Assembly (NCBI GenBank): GCA_963741205.1
Contig: CAVUHW010000034.1
Location: 145,710 to 209,709 of the forward strand
From: Nitrospirota bacterium
GTDB lineage: Bacteria > Nitrospirota > UBA9217
Reading direction: 5' to 3'
Length of the DNA stretch: 64,000 bases
Shown in pieces: positions 55,997 through 64,000 of the stretch (positions are counted from its first letter, which is position 1; each line of letters starts with the position of its first letter). Under the pieces are notes generated by a model. That model worked only from the letters and a program-made list of their open reading frames with translations, did no database searches and was not told where the DNA came from. The position numbers and the translations under genes were made by a program.

Positions 55997-56084
55997 TGTC
56001 ATTCCCGCAACGCTTCTGAGCGGGAATCCATTTATATCACGTCAAAATGGATCCCCGATAGAGCCATTCGGGGATGACAAACTA
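55997..56084. repeat. REP/REPIN-like element, family A; inverted copy of 54261-54348
   Basis: tgtcattcccgcaacgcttctgagcgggaatccat ... ggatccccgatagagccattcggggatgacaaacta. Confidence 0.88.
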
Positions 56085-56150
56085 TAGTATACGAATTTAG
56101 GTAGCTGTTTTTTTAAGACCTGAATGATAGCACCAAAGGAGACCGATATC

Positions 56151-56573
56151 ATGAAGCCCATACTAACGTCCTTTTATACAAAGCCACTGGTTGCCTATCT
56201 GATCGTGGCGTTGATCGCTCTCTCGACCTTCGCGGGACCGGCCGAGGCCATGTTTATGCCTGTCGCGCCTCATCAAGACGCGGGTGAGACAACAGCGTCG
56301 GCAGTCAGGACGGGAGACCTGGCAAAGATCCAGACAGCGCTCGAATCCAAAGTGCTCCGGCAAAAGCTTATGGACTACGGGCTATCACCCGATGAGACAA
56401 TGTCCCGTGTGAGCAAGCTCTCCGACGAACAGATCCATCAGCTTGCCGCGCACACGGATTCCATCCAGGCGGGCGGCGAGGGAGGCTTTATTATCGGCCT
56501 GTTGATTCTTGTTCTTTTGGTCATTCTTCTTGTCTTCTTGATTCAGGGCCGAATCGAGATACGCAGCAAATGA
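56151..56573 (+). CDS. PA2779 family protein (copy 2)
   Basis: Signal peptide (AEA), LESKVLRQKLMDYGLSPDETMSRVSKLSDEQIHQ, QAGG, hydrophobic tail. Confidence 0.85.
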   Translation: MKPILTSFYTKPLVAYLIVALIALSTFAGPAEAMFMPVAPHQDAGETTASAVRTGDLAKIQTALESKVLRQKLMDYGLSPDETMSRVSKLSDEQIHQLAAHTDSIQAGGEGGFIIGLLILVLLVILLVFLIQGRIEIRSK

Positions 56574-57196
56574 CGGCTGTTCGCAAGCAAGTAGCCGCGG
56601 ACATGATCCTGTGTGGCCGCGGCCTTTTTTTGTGCGCCGCGATCTTGGCACTCGTGCCCGCTTTTATTTCGGGGTGCGCCGGCAAAGACTTTGCGGCTAT
56701 TCGGCCCGGCATAGAAGCCCGGGGCGCCTACATCGAAGGGGTCCCTTTTTATCGCCAGACCGAATCCACCTGCGGCCCGGCCGCGCTTGCGGGCGTATTC
56801 TCATTCTGGGGCCGTCCCTTACCCATAGAGCAGATCACCGCCGGCGTCTACCTTCCGAAACTCCGCGGCACATTGCCGATGGACATGGAAAATTTTGCGC
56901 GGGAACAAGGATTCGAAACCTCGTCTTCGCAGGGAACCTTGGAGGAACTGAAGGTATATCTTCGAAAAGGTATGCCGGTCATTTGCCTCCTCGACCTCGG
57001 GTTCGGCTTGTTTCGTCAGCCGCACTACATTACCGCTATAGGTTTTGACGACGTGAATGCCGTAATCATCGCACATGACGGATTGAAAGCCAACAGCCTG
57101 CTTCAGTATGATACCTTTCAAAAACAATGGCTCCGTGCAGGCCGATGGATGCTTGTCATCAAACCGAAAGACGCCGAGACTAAGCATGAGTCATAG
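56570..57196 (+). CDS. C39-like cysteine peptidase lipoprotein (PA2778-like)
   Basis: Lipobox ISGC; VPFYRQTESTCGPAAL (Gln, Cys), QPHY (His), AHDG (Asp), VYLPKLRGTL. Confidence 0.88.
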   Translation: MTAVRKQVAADMILCGRGLFLCAAILALVPAFISGCAGKDFAAIRPGIEARGAYIEGVPFYRQTESTCGPAALAGVFSFWGRPLPIEQITAGVYLPKLRGTLPMDMENFAREQGFETSSSQGTLEELKVYLRKGMPVICLLDLGFGLFRQPHYITAIGFDDVNAVIIAHDGLKANSLLQYDTFQKQWLRAGRWMLVIKPKDAETKHES

Positions 57197-57244
57197 TTAC
57201 TCCCTTCCGCACTCTCAAAACCGCTGATCTTCTCTTCATTCGTC

Positions 57245-57841
57245 GTGATGATCTTTCTTTTCGGCTGCTCGCTACCCAGGATCGTTGTCCTCAACGATCC
57301 ACTCTCCGCTGAGGAGCACGATAAACTCGGCGCCATCTACGAATCTCAGGGGAAGTTCGAGCTTGCCGCACAGCAGTACCGGGAGGCACTCGGGAAAGAT
57401 CCGAAGTATGTATCTTCACTCCTTCATCTGGGAGATCTCTCATTCCGGACTAAAAATTATAGAGAGGCCGAGGCCTCTTACAAAAAGGCCATTAAGCTGC
57501 AGCCGGATAACGGAGACATCTATAATAATCTCTGCTGGGTCTACCTGGAGCAAAATACCGGGATAGAGAAAGCCGAGGAACTCATTACAAAGGCCTTGAC
57601 GATAACCCCAGAACATCGCGCATATTATCTCGACACCATGGGAGTGGTTTTTCTGAAGCAGGGAAGAATTGCGGAGTCCATAGCTGCGCTGAATGAGTCG
57701 ATAGAACTGCTGCCGAAAGACAATGCCGCTTTGTTGGCCGAAGCATACGACCATCTGGCGGAAGCATACCGAACGGCGGGGGATTCGGCAAAAGCCGCAG
57801 AGGCTGAAAAGTCGGCTGCAAAATATCGTGAACAACAATGA
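57245..57841 (+). CDS. TPR lipoprotein
   Basis: LFGC lipobox, DPLSAEEH..LG.IYE, TPR repeats, YNNL.W.Y, YLDTMG. Confidence 0.85.
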   Translation: MMIFLFGCSLPRIVVLNDPLSAEEHDKLGAIYESQGKFELAAQQYREALGKDPKYVSSLLHLGDLSFRTKNYREAEASYKKAIKLQPDNGDIYNNLCWVYLEQNTGIEKAEELITKALTITPEHRAYYLDTMGVVFLKQGRIAESIAALNESIELLPKDNAALLAEAYDHLAEAYRTAGDSAKAAEAEKSAAKYREQQ

Positions 57842-58056
57842 CACGATGGACTATACGCCTGCGCTTGATATCCCACGCATCAATTCAAACAGTCATCTAC
57901 CGGCTGTCTCGAATAATCGTTGTAATGCCAACTTGACAAGAATCGAGTCTACTGCTCGACTACATTCGAATAATAAATTAATATATTAATATTAATGAAA
58001 TCGTTTGTATTTGGACTGATGAATCAAGCTCAATCATTAAAATTGAAAGGAGTAAA

Positions 58057-58548
58057 ATGATGATAAAAATACCCAGAAAATTAAGGTTGTTAACTGTTGT
58101 CATTTTATTATTGTTCGTTGTATCTCTAGCAGGTTGTGCATCGCAGTACACCACCGTTGCGCTTCGGCCTCCAGAAAAATACGAACAAATTAGGCCATGC
58201 GAGTGGATCAGCTACGGGCTCTCTTGGGTTATTAGCAACATTATACTATTTTATTCCACTGGGTCTTAATGAACGTGCTGGAATTGCCTATGAGCGCGCT
58301 TTGCAAAGTGTCACCTGGACGGCAACATGCACTCATAAATGTAACGGCGGATATGAGCCGAATCGTATGCCGGATTAGGTTGGGTCACTCTTGGGACAAC
58401 AGCCCGCACCGTTACTATTTCCGGTGATGCAATAAGGGAGCGTGCCAAAATGAAATCCTCATATAGGGATAGACTTTTAATGGCAGCCATAATTATCACT
58501 ATATTATTTGTTGGTTGTGCAAGGCCAGCCAATAAGAGTTGGATTTGA
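58057..58548 (+). pseudogene. AT-rich small lipoprotein gene (frameshifted) followed by a truncated second lipoprotein start
   Basis: LAGC lipobox, LGHASGSATG..., AYERALQ, VTISGDAI; then MKSSYRDRLLMAAIIITILFVGC from 58450, stopping at 58548. Confidence 0.5.
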
Positions 58549-59294
58549 GTGATCAAAGAATGGATTCCATTGATTTTACGAGAGGACGACACATTTCAGC
58601 TGAGGCCACGTGGTTTCCAATTGACCGGCCTGATTATTCATCCCAATAAGCGTCAATGATCGCCAAGCTGAGTAGCCTTATGAAAGATTGAAGGGTCAGG
58701 CCTGAACACCGATTATATCACAGATGTCAAAATCAAAGAATCCTGAGACCTATGCTGTTGTAGGTACAATTTATGACAACTACGCTGAGAGGCCATGGCA
58801 TACCCCCGAATTCCACAGAGAAATTAGCGTCGTTGGATCTTTGCATTTGACGATTTTACGTAATATTTTATTACAGCCGCTCGTTTTTGCCCGCGGCTTA
58901 TAATTTGCATGGTGACTTCTCATTTGCGCCTCGGTATCGTCGGCGGTCACGCCTAGGCGTACTTCAAGGGTGCACAGCACCATGCCCTTCGTATGATCCG
59001 AACCCCGTTGTCTAACAGGTCGATTGAGATGTAATCGGTGGCCTTGTTCTGAAAACTCCGGTTAAAGCCCTTCATGCCTTCTTCAACGCCAGCTTTGATA
59101 TCTTTCATGACTGTTTAATGGAGAGGTCTTCATCGCAGCATCCGATATTCGTTCCATTTAATTGACAAACCATGCATTTTCCTGTATCTTGAGGTGGTTT
59201 TTCAGGGATGGCTGGCGCCGCAACGAGGGGCGAAAAGACCTCGCTGGTAAATATCGTGTGAGGCGCGAGGTCCAGGGACGAACGGAGTGCAAGC

Positions 59295-59990
59295 GTGATC
59301 CCTTTACGAGATATCAACCCGACGGAACGCTTTGCAGTCGTTACCTTCGTCCTGATCGCACTGAACGTCGTGGTCTTCATTTATGAATTGACGCTCGGGA
59401 CCAGGTCAAGCGCTTTGTTTCTTGGGTCATTCGCCCTCGTTCCTGCGAGGCTGTTCAGTCCGGAACCTGCGGCCGCCGGCACTGTTCCCGCCGCTGCAAC
59501 GCTTGTCACGTCGATGTTCCTGCATGGCGGTTTTCTCCACATCGCAGGCAATATGCTCTATCTCTGGATCTTCGGTAACAACGTCGAGGATTCGATGGGA
59601 AGGGTGCGGTACATTCTGTTCTACGCGCTCTGCGGTTGTGCCGCCGCCTACGCCCATGCTCTTGCAAACCGGTATTCAGTGACGCCCATGATAGGAGCCA
59701 GCGGCGCTGTTTCGGGGGTATTGGGCGCCTACTTGCTCCTCTATCCCCGGGCACGGGTCATGACGCTTGTATTTTTAGGATTTTTCGTGAGGACCGTGGA
59801 GATCCCGGCCATGATCGTTTTGGGCTTCTGGTTCGCGCTCCAGTTCCTGAACGCCCTGTTCGAGAGCGGCGCCGGCGGCGTTGCGTGGTACGCGCACGTC
59901 GCGGGTTTCGTATCGGGCATGCTCTTGATCGGGCTCTTTAAGCGCAGGGACGTATCGTTCGGGGGAGGGGGGAGATTTCGATATCCATGA
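59295..59990 (+). CDS. Rhomboid intramembrane serine protease
   Basis: IPLRDINP, SMFLHGG..HIAGNMLYLWIFGNNVED, GASGA, VAWYAHVAGF. Confidence 0.94.
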   Translation: MIPLRDINPTERFAVVTFVLIALNVVVFIYELTLGTRSSALFLGSFALVPARLFSPEPAAAGTVPAAATLVTSMFLHGGFLHIAGNMLYLWIFGNNVEDSMGRVRYILFYALCGCAAAYAHALANRYSVTPMIGASGAVSGVLGAYLLLYPRARVMTLVFLGFFVRTVEIPAMIVLGFWFALQFLNALFESGAGGVAWYAHVAGFVSGMLLIGLFKRRDVSFGGGGRFRYP

Positions 59991-61066
59991 TCGTTTCGTG
60001 TGATTGCGGGGCAAAACTGAAAATCGATGACGCGAAGATCGCCGGCAGGAAGGTGAAGATCAGGTGTCCGCGGTGCGGCAATGTGATACCGCTGCAACAG
60101 GCCCAGCCGGCGGCACCCGCGCCGGTTAAGGGAAAAACACCGCCTCTGTCCGCCTCCGAGGCCCCGCTCGTTTTGATCGCTCATGACAGCGATGTTATCA
60201 GAACCATGGTCTCCGACGTTTTGACCGACGAAGGCTTCCGCGTTGAGACTGCCTCCGACGGCGTCGAAGCGCTCAGAAAGGCGACCGAGCTCGGACCCAG
60301 CGGTCTGGTGCTCGACGTCGGATTGCCGGGCATCTATGGTTTCGAACTCTGCGAACGGTTAAAAGGAGACCCCTCAACCGACTCCATAAAGATCGTCCTC
60401 CTTTCGTCCGTTTACGACATGAGGCGCTACAAGCGTACGCCGGCCAGCCTCTACGGCGCCGATGATTATATCGAGAAACACCATATCCCGGACTTCCTCG
60501 CAGTCAAGCTGCGCAAGCTCATTTTCCCGGAAGCAGCTGCCTGTGCGGCGCCCCCCGGCGCGGCTTCGCCGCACAACGCACTTCCGGAAATGTCCCGTCC
60601 GCCGGCGCGGGAATTCGAGTCGTCGCTTCTCAGCCGGGAGCCGCAGCCGCCCGTTGAACGGGCGGTCCCCGGCCAGCCGCCGCAGCCTTCCACGGGCTTT
60701 CGGACGCAGCAGGCGGACGGCTCCGATACGACGGCCATTCTTCCGGAATCGATCAGCCTCGAGGCATCCATATTTCAAAAAGAAGAATGCGATATTCCCC
60801 GGGTCCGTGAAGAAGACCCGAAGGCGGTGGAAAAGGCGCGGCGCTTCGCCCGGATCATCGTGTCCGATGTCGCGCTCTACAATCAAGAAGCGGTCATTGA
60901 GGGAATCAGGAACGGGAACTTTTACGAGCTGCTCAAGACCGACATACAGGAAGGACGGGAGTTATACGAGAAGCGGGTCCCGGCTGTAATCAGGGCGAAA
61001 AAGGACTATTATCAGGAGGCATTCGATAATTTTATTGCCATGGCAAGACGCAGAAATCGCCCGTGA
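59987..61066 (+). CDS. Zinc-ribbon (MJ0042-type) response regulator with a helical C-terminal domain
   Basis: CDCG...KIRCPRCG; REC domain (LVLDVGLPG..GFELC, GADDYIEK); Pro-rich linker; ARRFARIIVSDVALYN. Confidence 0.85.
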   Translation: MIVSCDCGAKLKIDDAKIAGRKVKIRCPRCGNVIPLQQAQPAAPAPVKGKTPPLSASEAPLVLIAHDSDVIRTMVSDVLTDEGFRVETASDGVEALRKATELGPSGLVLDVGLPGIYGFELCERLKGDPSTDSIKIVLLSSVYDMRRYKRTPASLYGADDYIEKHHIPDFLAVKLRKLIFPEAAACAAPPGAASPHNALPEMSRPPAREFESSLLSREPQPPVERAVPGQPPQPSTGFRTQQADGSDTTAILPESISLEASIFQKEECDIPRVREEDPKAVEKARRFARIIVSDVALYNQEAVIEGIRNGNFYELLKTDIQEGRELYEKRVPAVIRAKKDYYQEAFDNFIAMARRRNRP

Positions 61067-61212
61067 ACTATGTCTGCCAAGGGTGATAAAAGTCGACATT
61101 CGTCTGCTTTTCGGTCATCACCCCCACCCCCGGTTTAATCATTCGGGGACAGGCTCTAAAATTCGGATTTCGTTGACATGCGGTATCAGTTCTAGTATAT
61201 TATACAAACTCG

Positions 61213-61290
<78 letters not shown>

Positions 61291-61486
61291 TATTTTCCCA
61301 GACTCCTGCATGACGCGGAGTGGGAAGGGGCATCTCCCCTGGTAGCGTAGCAGTATGCGGGAAACGGCAGGTATTTATCAGTCTGGTTGAACAAGCGGAC
61401 AACGGGGACGGACCGACCACCCGTCGTGATCGGCAAACCGGGACTTCGGTTCGACCTTTAGTTTTTCCCTGCCCAACGAGGTGTGC

Positions 61487-62471
61487 ATGAGTGAGAGGGA
61501 GCGGTCCGTTGATGACCTGATGGGCGCCGGGCCCTACGGGGGCGGGACCGATGAGAACAATGAGGAAAAAGAAGAAAAGGTAAGCACTGCCGAGGACTCT
61601 TCTGAAGGCGCGTCCGATTCCGGAAGCGCCGCGAGCCAGAAGGGCCTCGATGCCATCAAGTATTACCTCAAGGAAATCCGGAAAACCCCCCTTCTTACCT
61701 TTGATCAGGAACAGGAACTTGCGAAACGCATCGCGCAAGGCGATCAGGAAGCCCGCGCGAAGATGATCGAGGCGAACCTGCGCCTCGTTGTCGCCATCGG
61801 CAAAAAATATATCAACCGCGGTCTGCAGTTCTCCGACATCATCGAAGAAGGCAACCTCGGCCTGATCCGGGCCGTGGAAAAATTTCAGTACCAGCGCGGC
61901 TTCAAGTTCAGCACCTACGCGTCGTGGTGGATCAAACAGGCCATCGAGCGGGCGATCGTCAACCAGACGAGGACCATCCGGCTTCCCGTCCACATCGCCG
62001 AGATCGTCAACTCGTACCTGCGCGCCTCGCGCCAGCTCACGCAGAGTCTGGGGCGGGAGCCTTCAGATCGAAGAAATCGCCAAGAAGATGAAGGTAACCG
62101 TGGAGAAGGTGAGGAGCATTTCGCAGGTGGTCCGCGAAACATACTCGCTGGACATGCTGATCGGAGACCAGGAAGAGGACACCCTAAAGGACATCCTCCA
62201 GGACAACAACGCCCTGTCCCCGGCCAGTTTCTCCGATGAAATTCGCCGTCGGGAGCACATCGACGAATGGCTCCAGCAGCTCTCGGTGAGCGAGCGAAAA
62301 GTCATCGAGATGAGGTTCGGGTTGATCGACGGAGAACCCAGGACCCTCGATAATATCGGCAAAGAATTCGGGATCACGCGCGAGCGCGTACGGCAGATCG
62401 AGACCCAGGCCCTGAACAAGCTCAGGGCCATCACCAAACGGAAGAAGATCGATCTGGAGGGAATGCTGTAA
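61487..62471 (+). CDS. Group 2 sigma-70 factor, RpoS-like (one frameshift)
   Basis: [71 protein letters not shown]. Lacks region 1.1. Confidence 0.9.
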
Positions 62472-62550
62472 AAATATTGGATTTAGGTCCAGTTGAGTCG
62501 AATTTTGATTTTCATTCCGCAATCCGCAATCAAAAATCCGCAATTGACAG

Positions 62551-62627
62551 GCCCCTGTAGCTCAGGTGGATAGAGCAGCGGTTTCCTAAACCGCGTGCCG
62601 GGTGTTCGAGTCACCCCAGGGGCACCA
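62551..62627 (+). tRNA. tRNA-Arg(CCT)
   Basis: GCCCCTG acceptor, anticodon arm GCGGT-TTCCTAA-ACCGC, TTCGAGT, CCA. Confidence 0.97.
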
Positions 62628-62642
62628 TATAATCAATGAGTT

Positions 62643-62675
62643 AAGGCCTATTCACGATTGAATAGGCCTTTTTTT
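62643..62675 (+). terminator. Rho-independent terminator after tRNA-Arg
   Basis: aaggcctattc-acgatt-gaataggcctt followed by a T tail. Confidence 0.85.
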
Positions 62676-62894
62676 CGGCCAGTAATGTGGCAGAAACTGC
62701 CGAGATATCAATAAAATTGCATTCAAATTCTGTATAATATCAATAATATAAAGCATGAGGAACGCGGTTGTAAGACCGCAGGCCGGGTATTAGAATCAAC
62801 CTGGTGCATCGATAGCGTCTATCTTCTTTCACCTCCAATCGCCAGCCCTCAATAAACTCTTGACATCCGTCATACAATGTCATACGATAAAGAT

Positions 62895-63392
62895 GTGATA
62901 ATCTTTGATGCATCTACACTCATTCTCCTTGCGCGTATTGGCCTTCTTGATCTGTTTCTTGCGAGTTTTGAAGGAACGATTATCATACCCGAAAAAGTCA
63001 GATCAGAGGTAATAAGATTGGACAAAGAGGATGCCGAATCGATTAACAGATGCATCGAAAACAAAAAGATCGACATTGTGAAGGTGAAGAGTGCAGCTCT
63101 TGTGAAAAAGCTTATGGAGGATTTCAGCATTGATGTCGGTGAAGCAGAGGCAATAACATTGGCTAGTGAGGAAAAAGCCGGTGTCGTAGCGACCGATGAT
63201 AGAAATGCAATTCGTGCGTGCAAGTTATTAAAACTGGAATTTGTTACGGCCGTTTCTTTTTTAGTGCGAGCCGTGGAAAAAGGGATGATATCAAGAGATG
63301 AAGGCATCATTAAGCTGGATAAGCTGCAATCGATCGGTAGATACAGCAGACAGATCGTGGATGATGCTGCGCGGCAGATACGGGGAGGGTAG
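62895..63392 (+). CDS. PIN-domain protein (DUF3368-like), probable GTG start
   Basis: IIFDASTLILL, IIIPEKVRSEV, IDVGEAEAITLA, VATDDRNA. Confidence 0.85.
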   Translation: MIIFDASTLILLARIGLLDLFLASFEGTIIIPEKVRSEVIRLDKEDAESINRCIENKKIDIVKVKSAALVKKLMEDFSIDVGEAEAITLASEEKAGVVATDDRNAIRACKLLKLEFVTAVSFLVRAVEKGMISRDEGIIKLDKLQSIGRYSRQIVDDAARQIRGG

Positions 63393-63396
63393 AAGA

Positions 63397-63699
63397 ATGG
63401 CGACAAAAACATTGAGCATACGTATTGATGACAAGGATTATAAGTTTCTTTCTTCTCTGGCCAAGGAAGAGCAGGGCGATATGTCAACAGCCGTTCGCGA
63501 ACTTGTTGATCTCGGAAGGATCATGCTTGCCGTTGAAAAGTACAAGAGTTCCGACGCATCCCTTGAAAAGGCGGCGCGATTGGCTGGGGTATCGCTTTCA
63601 AAAATGATGGATATTCTTGCGGAGTACGGTGTGGAAGCAAAGTTAGAATACGAAGATTATCTTAAGGGCCTAAGGACCATCAGAAAGATTTGGGTATGA
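63397..63699 (+). CDS. UPF0175 family antitoxin-like protein (RHH N-terminus)
   Basis: KTLSIRID, STAVREL, SLEKAARLAGVS...MMDIL...GV. GGAGG RBS. Confidence 0.85.
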   Translation: MATKTLSIRIDDKDYKFLSSLAKEEQGDMSTAVRELVDLGRIMLAVEKYKSSDASLEKAARLAGVSLSKMMDILAEYGVEAKLEYEDYLKGLRTIRKIWV

Positions 63700-64000
63700 G
63701 GCTGTGGAAACCTATTAAGGCCTCTTAATTATCTGCCCCGGGGAAAAGGGAAGGTGGACAAGAGGCGAAACGTGGATAACCGACTTGACTCATTTTCATT
63801 GGACTCGGAGGGCCGGGAGGATGAAGGGCCCGTATGGAAACGTTATCGCTGTCGAAATATTTGAAGTTGTAAATCGACGAAAACCTTTTGGTCATCATCG
63901 GTTTGTTCGAGCTTCGACCCGGTTGCAAAATATCCCTAAAACATAGATATTCGAGCTATATCCTCGATCTGTGATGGATCGATAGACAGCCGAGCGTTTA

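Noticed and set aside
13606-56084. Dispersed palindromes or heptamer arrays as a CRISPR array
   Set aside because: No regularly spaced identical repeats with unique spacers, and no cas genes.
63725-64000. - strand ORF at the right window edge
   Set aside because: Short, without motifs, and the reading frame is ambiguous.

Overview
GC-rich bacterial chromosome segment. Gene content suggests a Nitrospirota/Desulfobacterota-like anaerobe (inference). Many single-base indels split even essential genes, most likely from an unpolished long-read assembly. The backbone is housekeeping: glmU-glmS, pcrA, gatC-panD-gatA-gatB, a PyrR-attenuated pyrR-pyrB-pyrC-carA-carB-greA-pyrK-pyrD operon, xerD, a CBS-domain tRNA nucleotidyltransferase, queA, an archaeal-type pheS/pheT, an rpoS-like sigma factor and three tRNAs (Ala-GGC, Pro-CGG, Arg-CCT). 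The best finding is at the left end. A 1.79 kb IS110-family element (1195-2984) sits inside a decayed tnpB gene. Excising it at a duplicated AC/GT core restores the tnpB reading frame. Its 3' non-coding end folds into a bridge-RNA-like structure whose loops carry matches to the reconstructed target and to the circle-junction donor. Other points of interest: a two-precursor PA2779/C39-peptidase/TPR module with double-glycine-like motifs, several families of dispersed palindromic and heptamer repeats (two inside carB), a structured CCA-ending copy of the tRNA-Ala 3' end next to an integrase remnant, a partial vapC duplication after glmS, tandem hexaheme cytochromes and several apparently leaderless genes.
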